A stretch of DNA of 63,064 bases, the filler included, from Octopus bimaculoides (lineage: Eukaryota): assembly GCF_001194135.2 (NCBI RefSeq). It is 3 parts of 3 records of this genome, joined end to end, with 100 filler letters (N's around TTAATTAATTAA, not from the genome) between each part and the next. Parts side by side here need not be neighbours in the genome. Positions count along the whole stretch, not along the records: positions 19,574 to 49,319 come from NC_068983.1; positions 49,420 to 63,064 come from NC_068982.1; 1 more part is not named here. One strand, written 5' to 3'. Numbering within the stretch: the stretch's first letter is position 1; each line of letters opens with the position of its first letter. Positions 38,456 to 49,452 of the stretch are shown here, piece after piece. The notes beneath the pieces are model-generated. The model was not told the DNA's origin, ran no database searches, and saw nothing but the letters and a program-made list of their open reading frames with translations. Position numbers and translations under genes: made by a program.

Positions 38456-38499
38456 GTATTCTCCATTTAAAAGAACTTGTGACAACGCAAAACACTTAA

Positions 38500-38905
38500 T
38501 GACATTACTACAGCAATTGCAAGCCTGAGGCATTGGATTAGCAAGACACCTTCCCAAGTTTCATCTGATACTTCAATGAAATGGGATTCTAACGAAGCCA
38601 TAAACCTCTCTTGTCATCAGTTCAGTACTTACTCTCCAACATCCCAAAAACCGTAAGGAGAAAAAGTAATTGCTGGAATTTCAGTGACTTATTTTATTTG
38701 GCTACTGACGCAGTAAGCCTCACCTCCAAACGCAGTATCAAAGAGTTGTGATGGAGGAAAAAAAAGAATAAAAGGTAAAGTCGCAAATGCTGGAATTTCC
38801 TACAAAGCATCTCTGTTTAGTTCAAATGCGAAGAGTGAGTCCGTCGGGTTTCTTCCTGTTGTATTCGGACAATTACACTGGTTCCAGAATTGAAGGAATC
38901 ATTAC
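38500..38905 (-). mobile_element. CRE-like RLE LINE C-terminal relic
   Basis: IPSILEPV*LSEYNRKKPDGLTL (EP..L....KRPDG.TL) and IQCLRLAIAV (QRLSLAIQ-like). Confidence 0.45.
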
Positions 38906-39596
38906 CCTAGCTAAGGCTCATTTAATGATAAAAGTAATCTTGTTGTAACAACTAAAGTACATTTCGTTAATATGACAATCTGTAAAGAACTCCAGAATTG
39001 AAAAAACTTACTATAATGGACGCATCATTTCCTTACATCACCTCCAACTCTGAAGTCGGTAGAAATGAGGAACCTATCTGGGTTAAATAAACCACTGCTG
39101 GCTGCCACGGGTGAAGCTTCAGTCTAGTCTATAGAAAATTTGGCAACATTCTAAGTATTGATTAGATTGATCAAAAAAGACAGTCGAAAATTTTCTTGAC
39201 TATCAACATTGTTTTTCAGATATATTGATTTCTAATCTAGACAGAAGGCTGTATGTTTTGATGGGATAAAACAAAATCAATTACATTGATATACTGGCAA
39301 ATATATAAAAAGAGATTTTTGAGGAAACCCAAACTACCTATTTAGTGAAGATGGTACAGATGTTAAAGTTAACATCATCGTCATTTTGTAAAGTCCACTT
39401 TTCCATGCTTAAACGAGTCAAATGAAATTCATTGAAGCTGATTTTCAATGGCTGGATGCTTTTCCTTCAGCCAACCCTTGCCTGTTTACAAGCAAAGTAA
39501 CATTTTCGCATGGCTAGACATATTCTTCGCAGAAGATTGGAAATGAATGATATCATTTGTATGACAGTAACACACCTAACACAACACACACACATA

Positions 39597-39751
39597 ATGG
39601 CTGTGTGGTAAGATGTTTGCTTCCCAACCACATATGGTTCTGGATTCGGTCCCACTATGTGGCACCTTGGGCAAGTGTCTGCTACTATAGCCTTGGGTCG
39701 ACCAAAGCCTTGTGAGTGGATTAGGTAGACAGAAACTGAAAGAAGCCCATC

Positions 39752-39783
<32 letters not shown>

Positions 39784-40018
39784 TGGTGTGTGTGTGTGTG
39801 TGTCTCTTTGTGTTTGTGTCCCCCCACCATCACCGCTTACAGACGGATGTTGGTGTGTTTACATCCCAGTAGCTTAGCAGTTGGGTAAAAGAGACTGATA
39901 GAATAAGTACTAGGCTTTAAAAAATCAGTCCAGGGGTCAATTTGTTTGACTAAAACCCTTCAAAATGGTGCTCCAGCATGACCAGAGTCAAATGACTGAA
40001 ACAAGTAAAAGAATAAAA

Positions 40019-40020
<2 letters not shown>
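39597..40020 (+). mobile_element. SINE family A, near full length
   Basis: tRNA-like head, GGCACCTTGGGCAAGTGTCT core, internal (TA)n(TG)n, tail GGTGCTCCAGCATGACCAGAGTCAAATGACTGAAACAAGTAAAAGA. Confidence 0.85.
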
Positions 40021-40053
<33 letters not shown>

Positions 40054-40780
40054 NNNNNNNNNNNNNNNNNNNNNNNNNNNNNNNNNNNNNNNNNNNNNNN
40101 NNNNNNNNNNNNNNNNNNNNNNNNNNNNNNNNNNNNNNNNNNNNNNNNNNNNNNNNNNNNNNNNNNNNNNNNNNNNNNNNNNNNNNNNNNNNNNNNNNNN
40201 NNNNNNNNNNNNNNNNNNNNNNNNNNNNNNNNNNNNNNNNNNNNNNNNNNNNNNNNNNNNNNNNNNNNNNNNNNNNNNNNNNNNNNNNNNNNNNNNNNNN
40301 NNNNNNNNNNNNNNNNNNNNNNNNNNNNNNNNNNNNNNNNNNNNNNNNNNNNNNNNNNNNNNNNNNNNNNNNNNNNNNNNNNNNNNNNNNNNNNNNNNNN
40401 NNNNNNNNNNNNNNNNNNNNNNNNNNNNNNNNNNNNNNNNNNNNNNNNNNNNNNNNNNNNNNNNNNNNNNNNNNNNNNNNNNNNNNNNNNNNNNNNNNNN
40501 NNNNNNNNNNNNNNNNNNNNNNNNNNNNNNNNNNNNNNNNNNNNNNNNNNNNNNNNNNNNNNNNNNNNNNNNNNNNNNNNNNNNNNNNNNNNNNNNNNNN
40601 NNNNNNNNNNNNNNNNNNNNNNNNNNNNNNNNNNNNNNNNNNNNNNNNNNNNNNNNNNNNNNNNNNNNNNNNNNNNNNNNNNNNNNNNNNNNNNNNNNNN
40701 NNNNNNNNNNNNNNNNNNNNNNNNNNNNNNNNNNNNNNNNNNNNNNNNNNNNNNNNNNNNNNNNNNNNNNNNNNNNNNNN

Positions 40781-40800
40781 GTTAGGGTTAGGGTTAGGGT
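40781..40800 (+). repeat. (TTAGGG)n tract emerging from a gap
   Basis: GTTAGGGTTAGGGTTAGGGT directly after an N run. Confidence 0.7.
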
Positions 40801-41104
40801 AAAACAGCAAATTTAAAAAGAAAAAAGCAAATAAAACGAAGAAAAAAAAAGAAAATGAAAAAAGCAAATAAAACGAAGCTATGGCTTAATCAGCCAAAGG
40901 AGTAAATGTAAACATCTGAATACTTGTCAGTGATTGGTTGAAATTATCGAAATAAGACAATTATTTACATGAAATAAATTCGAATACAAAAATATTTTTC
41001 TGTTCTATAACACAAAATAGATAAGTATACGAAGTTTGAAAGTCTTTCAGTACCAAAAACACTACATAAAACATTAATGAAAAATGTGGCCCCTGTTTTA
41101 AAAA

Positions 41105-41420
41105 AGATCCAGGAATTTTGCTAACTCTGAAGTAAATCGTAATCTGATGGTGCAAGACCAGGGCTGTATGGTGGATGTGGCATCACTTCCCAACCAAGCT
41201 CCAATAATTTTTTATGAGTTAGCAAAAACGTGTGTGGTCTAGCGTTGTCATGGTGATACATGATTCCTTTACGATTTGGCAATTCTGCCCTTTTTTCTTT
41301 GATTGCTTTCTCCAGTTTCATTAGTTGTTGACAGTAAACATCTGGATTGATTGTTTAGTTTCTTGGAAGCAGCTCAAAATACACAACACCTTTGTAATCC
41401 TACCAAATTGACAGTATGGC
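41105..41420 (-). mobile_element. Mariner DD34D transposase fragment
   Basis: HHDNARPH..LLELGWEVMPHPPYSPGLAPSDY. Confidence 0.85.
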
Positions 41421-42043
41421 CTTTTTTTTAATGCAATTTAGCTTTCAATTACACTTGGACCATGATGCAGAAAGTGATGATGATATTGATGGTGATGAGG
41501 ATGATGATGATAAAGATGGTGATGAGGATGATGATGATGATGAGGATGATGATGATGATGAGGATGATGAGGATGATGATGATGATGAAGACATTCACCT
41601 TCAGAACTGGAAACAAGAGAACACAATACTTAGGAGTAGAGTTCATTTATTTTTATAATGCTGAGGATTCACTCCACAGGCTTTTCTCACAATAGATTTG
41701 TTCAGCATGCGAGGGAGTGTATATTGACTTCATACCAAATATATATATATATACACATACACAAATACATGTGTAATATATATTACCTGTATACACACAC
41801 ACACACACAGAGTCTGTTAAAAAATGTATACACACTTCAGAAAAGGAAAAATTTGTATAAATATTTTAATTCAGTGTTATTGCAATTTACTCAGTATTAT
41901 CGGGATCTGATAAAAACATCAAAAGAGGTATCTATACTTCTAGGGGTACTTATACAAGTCAAATATTTATACAGATTTTTCCTTTCCTAAATATACATTG
42001 TCTTGGTAGACTGTGTGCATACATACATACATATATGTACATG

Positions 42044-42118
<75 letters not shown>

Positions 42119-42542
42119 GTATGTCTATATACACACACACATGCACATATATTCATGCATACATTTATATATACACATATATATATTTACATGTATGTAT
42201 ACATGTATATACAACACACACACACATATATATATGCAAACATACACACACACACACACACACGCACACACTCATGGGAGGTCACTTGCTATTATTTCTT
42301 CTGTCATCAAGACATCTGCTGACTTGGTGCTTTCAGAGACATGTGGAACAAAATATTCCTTATTTAAAATGGTTAATGACAGGAAAGGCATCCGACTGTA
42401 AAAGAATACCTCAATAATATATTTGTCTAACTCAGGCTAGCAGAAAATGGACTTCAAACCAAATGAGCAAAATGTGTAAACACACACATTAGATAAGTAC
42501 ACAGATATCCTCACATATACATACAATAATCATATATTGATA

Positions 42543-42622
<80 letters not shown>

Positions 42623-42634
42623 AACACACATATC

Positions 42635-42667
<33 letters not shown>

Positions 42668-42716
42668 GTGCGTAGATATGTGTATATATGCATATGTATA
42701 AATGTGTGTATATGGG

Positions 42717-42760
<44 letters not shown>

Positions 42761-43008
42761 TGTATATACATACATGCATACATGTGTATATGTGTGCATG
42801 TGTGAGTGTATGTACATATGTACATGTGATTGCACACATGCACACACACACATACATGTACATAAACACACATACACATATATATATACCTGTATGTATG
42901 TGGGTATGTTATTGAATGATTATGTATAGTTGAAAATTCCCAATTTGGTATTAAGGAACTGCATGATATTTGCTATTGGTCACTCCACTTCCTGTGCTTT
43001 CTGATCGG

Positions 43009-43113
43009 TCACGTCTTAGCAAGGGTCCTCTTCATTTTGATGGGAACAGAACCAATGATTATATCTAAAGGGACCTCCAGATCAAATGGTGGTTCTTCAA
43101 GTTTAACATGCAG
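43009..43113 (-). CDS. Alpha-arrestin (ARRDC-like) terminal coding exon (not in the ORF track)
   Basis: ttttatattttag acceptor; 105 nt; LHVKLEEPPFDLEVPLDIIIGSVPIKMKRTLAKT* carries the DL.VPL.IIIG(T/S)VP end of arrestin-C; phase matches the previous exon. Confidence 0.88.
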   Translation of the reverse strand: MHVKLEEPPFDLEVPLDIIIGSVPIKMKRTLAKT

Positions 43114-43389
43114 CTAAAATATAAAAAGAAAAGACGCAGTATTACTATGGTAATTTAAAGCTAATAACATTGTATAAATCAAAGTATTATGGCTGATGAC
43201 ATAATGACAAATCATAAATAAACAAGCCCATAAGGGAGCTACTACTTTAATGGTTTTCATGTTAGTGCCCTCTTGGTGGCACAGCGAGCTGACAAAGAAG
43301 TGGCAAATAGGCAATGTGTTCAGAAGGGCTTGTGATTTTTCTAAGAAATAAATACAATATATAAACGAGAAACAATCTTTTATTTTCTA

Positions 43390-43693
43390 TCTTTTACTTG
43401 TTTCAGTAATTAGACTGTGGCCATACTGGAGCACAGCCTTGAAGGATTTTAGTTGAATGTATTGACCCCAATAAGTCTGGTACTTATTCCATCAGTCTTT
43501 TTCGCCAAACTGCTAAGTTACAGAGACATAAACAAACCAACACCTGTTGTCAAAGAGTGGCGGGGGACAAACAGACACAAATACACCTGATGAACAGAAA
43601 TGTGAACCTCTGAGTAGCAGTTTTTTTGTGATGTTTTTTGCAGCTTTAATAATAAAGTATATATATATATATAATAATAATAATAATAATAAA

Positions 43694-43747
<54 letters not shown>

Positions 43748-43918
43748 ACACATGATAGGCTTCTTTCAGTTTCCATCTACCAGATCCACTCACAAGGCTT
43801 TGGTTGGCCCAAGGATATAGCAGAAGACACTTGCCCAGAGTGTCATGCAGTGGAACTGAACCTGGAACCATGTGGTTGGGAAGCAAATGTCTTACTGCAC
43901 AGTCATGCCTGTACCTAT
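43390..43918 (-). mobile_element. SINE family A copy in the last arrestin intron
   Basis: Antisense of full family A structure with expanded microsatellite. Confidence 0.8.
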
Positions 43919-43934
43919 ACTTATACAGTACTTA

Positions 43935-44147
43935 TTCTTTTACTTGTTTCAGTCTTTTGACTGCGGCCATGCTGGAGCACCGCCTTTAGTCGAGCAAATC
44001 GACCCCAGGACTTATTCTTTGTAAGCCTAGTACTTATTCTATTGGTCTCTTTTGCCGAACCGCTAAGTTACGGGGACGTAAACACACCAGCATCGGTTGT
44101 CAAGTGATGTTGGGGGGACAAACACAGACACACACACACACACACAC

Positions 44148-44202
<55 letters not shown>

Positions 44203-44371
44203 TATATACAACAGGCTTCTTTCAGTTTCCATCCACCAAATCCTCTCACAAGGCTTTGGTTGGCCCGAGGCTATAGTAGAAGATTCTTGCCCAAGGTGCC
44301 ATGCAGTGGGACTGAACCCGGAACCATGTGGTTGGTAAGCAAGCTACTTACCACACAGCCACTCCTGCACC
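43935..44371 (-). mobile_element. SINE family A copy, tandem to the previous one
   Basis: Ends CACACAGCCACTCCTGCACCT (antisense head); high similarity to the 62728 copy. Confidence 0.85.
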
Positions 44372-45024
44372 TAGATATATATTTTAAATATATTTTCAAA
44401 AGAAAATGAAAAAAAAGATCCTTGCCAGCATCAAAATACGAATGGGAGACTGGATAATAAAGTTCTAGACACAATATGTTTGAAGAGGGAAATAAGATAG
44501 GACGGTTATGGTTTGAATTCCTTTTACCAGCTAGATCAGATCTGACCTTGGACTTACGCTAAAGTCCTCTCATGTTGTGAAACTGAATGTTTCCTCTTAT
44601 TAAGCAGCCATAACATGCTTCCAAAGCAACTGCAAAACAAGTTATAGCTGAATCCTTGGTTTATAGAACCATTCACTCTGGACTGTTCTATGAGTAATGA
44701 AAGTTATGTAGTCAGGCTACATAAAATAAACAAGAGAGATCATTCTACCCCAGACTTGCTGGTTGAGATATTTCGAGAATAATAATGTACTAAGGAGATT
44801 TAAGAATTCCTAACAGACACTGACCGAGTAAATTTTCAGTTGTTTATGAAAAATGTTAAGGTTGGTATTTTAAAGGAATTTTAAAATGAGAGAACACCTC
44901 TGACAACAGGGTTGAGACTTCAAGTTTCATCCGACAGATTATTCAACCAGTTGAATACTGATATTCCATGAACACAAGGTTTGAAAATAGATCTGGTAGT
45001 TGGTAACTAAGAGAAGTAAATTGT

Positions 45025-45200
45025 ATACTCTTTTACGTGTTTCAGTCATTTGACTGCGGCCATGCTGGAGCACCACCTTTATAGTCGAGCAAATCGACCC
45101 CAGGGCTTATTCTTTGTAAGCCTAGTACTTATTCTATCAGTCTCTTTTGCTGAACTGCTAAGTTACGGGGACGTAAACATGCCAGCATCGGTTGTTCAAG
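45025..45200 (-). mobile_element. SINE family A, 3' tail only
   Basis: Antisense GGTGCTCCAGCATGGCCGCAGTCAAATGACTGAAAC tail. Confidence 0.8.
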
Positions 45201-45885
45201 CGGTGCTGGAGGTACAAACGGCAGGAGGTGCTGGCGACCCCTGTTGTACTCTTTTGCCCCAACTTTCTCTCACTCTGTCTTCCTGTTTCTTGAGTAACAC
45301 TGCAATGGACTGGCGTCCCGTCCAGCTGGTGGGAACACATACGCCATAGAAACCAGGAAACCGGGCCCATGAGCCTGGGTAGGCTTTGAAAGGGCGATGT
45401 TTATGGGGGTTTTTTTTTATCTGTCTTTCTTCTCCTTTTTCTCTATCACAAGGCTTTGTAAATGAACAATCTGGTGTGTTTATTTTAATGGTCTACCAAT
45501 GTATACAGTGTGTTTCTCTGCCCCAGGTGTCAGGAAGACACTCAGCAAGAAATGGAAACAGATGATAATGAAAATAATAACCCTTTCTACTATAGGTACA
45601 AGCCCNNNNNNNNNNNNNNNNNNNNNNNNNNNNNNNNNNNNNNNNNNNNNNNNNNNNNNNNNNNNNNNNNNNNNNNNNNNNNNNNNNNNNNNNNNNNNNN
45701 NNNNNNNNNNNNNNNNNNNNNNNNNNNNNNNNNNNNNNNNNNNNNNNNNNNNNNNNNNNNNNNNNNNNNNNNNNNNNNNNNNNNNNNNNNNNNNNNNNNN
45801 NNNNNNNNNNNNNNNNNNNNNNNNNNNNNNNNNNNNNNNNNNNNNNNNNNNNNNNNNNNNNNNNNNNNNNNNNNNNNNNNNNNNN

Positions 45886-46255
45886 CAGTGATTGTAGGAT
45901 CTCTAGGAATGATAAAAAAAGGCACTGAAACCTATTTGAAAATGATACCAGGCTTACCATCCCTACAGGAAGTGCAAAAAATCGTGTTAACTGGAACGAC
46001 TCATGTACTGAGAAGAGCATTATCGCTGTGAAAACAACATCCACATCTATTCATGAATTTTATTTATTTATTTATTTATTTTTTTAAATACATATTTTGC
46101 CTGTGAATTTGCATGTGTAAACTGGGAATGCATACAACGAGTTTCTCTGCCCTAGGTGTACGGAAAACACTCGGCGAGAAATGGAAGAAAATTTGAAGAA
46201 ATAATAATAGTAATAATAATAATAATAATAATAATGATAATATAACAACAGGAAA
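45886..46255 (+). mobile_element. R4/Dong-like RLE LINE 3' end with (TAA)n tail; a second 3' UTR copy at ~45490-45590
   Basis: VIVGSLGMIKKG..IPGLPSLQEVQKIVLTGTTHVLRRAL*; 3' UTR GTTTCTCTGCCCTAGGTGT..GAAATGGAA present twice. Confidence 0.65.
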
Positions 46256-46282
46256 TAAATAATGATAGAAACTTGATGTTAC

Positions 46283-46465
46283 CACTAAAAAGTATTTGAT
46301 GTCAATCACATTACAACCTTCCAGATTTGAGGGTGACAAAGGAGGTACCAGCATCGTATCACCACTCCACACATCTGTTTCACCAGGTGGAATACTAGGA
46401 TGATTCACACAAGACAAGGTTTGAACTTCAGTCCCTTGTGTTAGTTTTCCATGGTACAAAACATG
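46283..46465 (-). CDS. Alpha-arrestin (ARRDC-like) exon: arrestin-C domain
   Basis: ttgcag acceptor, GTAACA donor; 183 nt, phase 0/0; HVLYHGKLTQGTEVQTLSCVNHPSIPPGETDVWSGDTMLVPPLSPSNLEGCNVIDIKYFLV (I.PG...W....VPPL.PS.L.GC..I.I.Y signature). Confidence 0.9.
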
Positions 46466-46989
46466 CTGCAATGATATAAAAATGGCTAAGAAATAACACT
46501 GTATTAATTGATTTCAAATTTTGGCACAAGACCAGTAATTTTGATGGTGGGGTAGTTTGATTACATTGACCTTGAAAGGATGAAAGGTAAAGTCAAATCC
46601 CAGTGGCAGTTGAACTCAGAACATAAAGACAGATGAACTGCTGTGAAGCATTCTGCCAGTTTGCCACCTTAAACACCCAAAACATTCAAGCATGGCTCAG
46701 TGGTTTGAAAGGTTGCTTTGTAACCATGAGATCCTGGGTTTGTCATCTGAATTATTTTATTCAGATGGCACCAAGTTAAAAACCAAAACTGATAATGATA
46801 AAAGTAAACTTTTACTCACCATTTTATTTATGACATTTATCTATTCATTTGAGAAACACAGTAGTGGGGTGGGTGTTCTAGTCCCATGTCAACTAAATAT
46901 GTCGGATCCTTAATATACGAACTTAACTCTTTTTCTGTTTCTTTCTCTCTTCCTTGAGTTCCCCAGTTCTTTTATTTTTCTTATGTCTT

Positions 46990-47355
46990 TACTGCCCACA
47001 AGGGGTTACACACAGGGGGGACAAACAAGAACAGACAAAGGGATTAAGTCGATTATATCGATCCCAGTGCATATCATCATCGTTTAACGTCCGCTTTCCA
47101 TGCTAGCATGGGTTGGACGATTTGACTGAGGACTGGTGAAACCGGATGGCAACACCAGGCTCCAATCTAATTTGGCAGAGTTTCTACAGCTGGATGCTCT
47201 TCCTAACGCCAAATAAATGGTACTTATTTAATTGACCCCGCAAGGATGAAAGGCAAAGTTGACCTCGGCGGAATTTGAACTCAGAACATAGCAGCAGACA
47301 AAATACCGCTAAGCATTTCACCCGACGCGGTAACGATTCTCGCAGCTCACCGCCT
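46990..47355 (-). mobile_element. SINE family B split by an insertion at 47073-47212
   Basis: Antisense AAGGCGGTGAGCTGCGAGAATCGTTA..GAGTTCAAATTCCGCCGAGGTC..GGTCAATTAAAATAAGTACC, resuming at GCACTGGGATCGATATAATCGACTTAA. Confidence 0.75.
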
Positions 47356-47384
47356 TTAGTTCTTTTATTCTTCTTGTCTTCCTG

Positions 47385-47960
47385 TCTGCACACACTTGAC
47401 TGAATACCACTTACAATTTTACAGTTCGTTGACTGGCATCCATGCCAACCTTCCTTCATTAGACACTAAACTCAGCTTGCGAAGACCTGTTGGGGTAAGT
47501 GAGATCGAAACTGAACCAAATTCGACGACTGGCACCCGTGCCAGTGGAGCGCTAACTGCACCATCCGAGCAGGATCACTGCCAGAGCAGTGGTCTCGCTT
47601 CCATGCCGGTGGCACGTAAAAAGCACCATTTGAGCGAGATCGCTTCCAGCTTTGCCTTACTGGCACTCGTGCCAGTGGCATGTGGAAAAAACATTGAACT
47701 GACTCCTGTGCAGGTGGCACGTAAAAAAACACCATTTGAGCGTGGCTGTTGCCAGTACCGCCGGACTGGCCCTCATGCCAGTGGCACATAAAAAGTACCC
47801 ACTACACTCTCGGAGTGGTTGGCGTTAGGAAGGGCATCCAGCTGTAGAAACTCTGCCAGACCAGATTGGAGTCTGGTGTAGATATCCGCTTCGCCAGTCC
47901 TCAGTCAAATCGTCCAACCCATGCTAGCATGGAAAGTGGATGTTAAATGATGATGATGAT
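47385..47960 (+). mobile_element. Retroposon with (GAT)n tail (RTE-type 3' end) and internal tandem GTGGCACGTAAAAA units
   Basis: GGCGTTAGGAAGGGCATCCAGCTGTAGAAAC..CCCATGCTAGCATGGAAAG..TTAAATGATGATGAT. Confidence 0.7.
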
Positions 47961-48155
47961 GATGATATAATAATATCTTATGGATATGGTGAGGTCCTAT
48001 AAAAATACATGTCATACTGAAACCTATGTAGCAATGCATTAATAAAAATATAAAATCTCCATCTGTGAAGTATTTCTCATTATTAATATATATATGTAAT
48101 GCATAAAACAATTAAATCAGAAAGTGCCAGAATTATTAAAAACTGTACAGCTTAC

Positions 48156-48338
48156 CATGTATAACTTTACATTGGAACCAAGTACTTCTTTTTCTGAATG
48201 GTTTGATATCTCAACATTTAATCCTATTAGTTCACCTGGGGAGTAACCTAGTTTGTCAACCCCAAGGAAGGCTGTGACCGGTCCTGAACGACAGCAGAAT
48301 ATGTTGGGCTGTTTAATAATTTGGTTTTTCACACTTTC
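48156..48338 (-). CDS. Alpha-arrestin (ARRDC-like) exon: start of arrestin-C domain
   Basis: ttgcag acceptor, GTAAGC donor; 183 nt, phase 0/0; ESVKNQIIKQPNIFCCRSGPVTAFLGVDKLGYSPGELIGLNVEISNHSEKEVLGSNVKLYM (CC.SGP...GY.PGE.I...EI.N.S signature). Confidence 0.92.
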
Positions 48339-48429
48339 CTGCAACACAATTCCAACAGATGTTATTTTACCATAATAATAAGAATGAAAAGCAAGTAGGT
48401 TATCATTCCACCCCAACTGAAAAGGAAAC

Positions 48430-48545
48430 TGAAGCAACATGAAATGAAGTGTTTTGCTCAAGAACACAATACGCTGCCCGGTCTGGGAATTGAACCCATG
48501 ATCTAGTGATCATGAGTGCAACAGCCTAACCACTAGGCCATGCAC
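48430..48545 (-). mobile_element. tRNA-derived SINE, third family
   Basis: Minus strand ATGGCCTAGTGGTTAGG..GGGTTCAATTCCC..GTGTTCTTGAGCAAAACACTTCATTTCA (A and B boxes). Confidence 0.7.
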
Positions 48546-48785
48546 CTCCATAAATGTATATCAGTTTAATACACATACCAAGAGAGCTAATAATAGTTTC
48601 ATGCTCTTAGGATACTTTAAGTAGGTATATTTATAAAATCCGTCATGTATCTCCAAGCAATCTTATATATATATTATATATATGTATGTATATGTGTGTA
48701 TGTATATATATACACACACACACACAGATATATATATACATACATTGGTGTTCCAGCATGACTGCAGCCGCATGGCTGAAACAAG

Positions 48786-48856
<71 letters not shown>

Positions 48857-48954
48857 TATTCAAAAGCCATGCTGCATGGTACCCTGGTAATTATCATAAA
48901 GCAAACTGAAAAGGGGAAACCTAGATAAAGGAAATAGGATTCTCTTTAACTTAC

Positions 48955-49196
48955 ATTTGCTTTTGGAAGAGTATTGAGGTCAAGTGGTTTTATCACATTG
49001 AAATCTTTTTCAAGCCGGAAGTCAGATTTTCCTGGCCGTTTAATTATCGCTTTTGCTGAATGGCTGACATAGCCACGGTTCCCTCGGAAAGAAGATGGTA
49101 CATTTGGAAGTAAAAACTCAAATGGGAATGTATGTGTTCCAGCATCTAATTGCCATTCTTCATCTGTCTGAGTCAAGCCATCAGGAATAGTGGAAC
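48955..49196 (-). CDS. Alpha-arrestin (ARRDC-like) internal exon: end of arrestin-N domain
   Basis: ttggcag acceptor, GTAAGT donor; 242 nt, phase 1 to 0; (G)STIPDGLTQTDEEWQLDAGTHTFPFEFLLPNVPSSFRGNRGYVSHSAKAIIKRPGKSDFRLEKDFNVIKPLDLNTLPKAN matches the alpha-arrestin GxHxFPFxF-LP-xxPSSFEG...RPW...F.V..PLDLN signature. Confidence 0.92.
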
Positions 49197-49258
49197 CTGC
49201 CAATATAACAATATAATTACATTTCATCATATATATATATATATATATGAATACACAT

Positions 49259-49319
<61 letters not shown>

Positions 49320-49419
49320 NNNNNNNNNNNNNNNNNNNNNNNNNNNNNNNNNNNNNNNNNNNNTTAATTAATTAANNNNNNNNNNNNNNNNNNNNNNNNN
49401 NNNNNNNNNNNNNNNNNNN
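49320..49419. other. Artificial scaffold linker 44N-TTAATTAATTAA-44N
   Basis: Identical to 19474-19573; lies 124 bp upstream of the first secure arrestin exon. Confidence 0.9.

Positions 49420-49452
<33 letters not shown>

Noticed and set aside
39597-39670. tRNA genes at SINE heads (also 62728, 48545, 30375)
   Set aside because: A/B boxes are present but there is no complete cloverleaf and each continues into a SINE body.
41416-41695. Asp-rich ORF (DDDEDDD) that looks like an acidic domain
   Set aside because: Degenerate (GAT)n microsatellite; no convincing splice pair or flanking homology.
42003-42929. Many YI/HT/CV-repeat ORFs (also 25205-25638, 28633-29024, 48643-48928, 55026-56130)
   Set aside because: Translations of (TA)n/(CA)n/(TAT)n microsatellites.
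42973-43011. A-to-I editing of the arrestin UGA to UGG restoring a PPxY tail
   Set aside because: Read-through adds only WPIRKHRKWSDQ*, with no PY motif.
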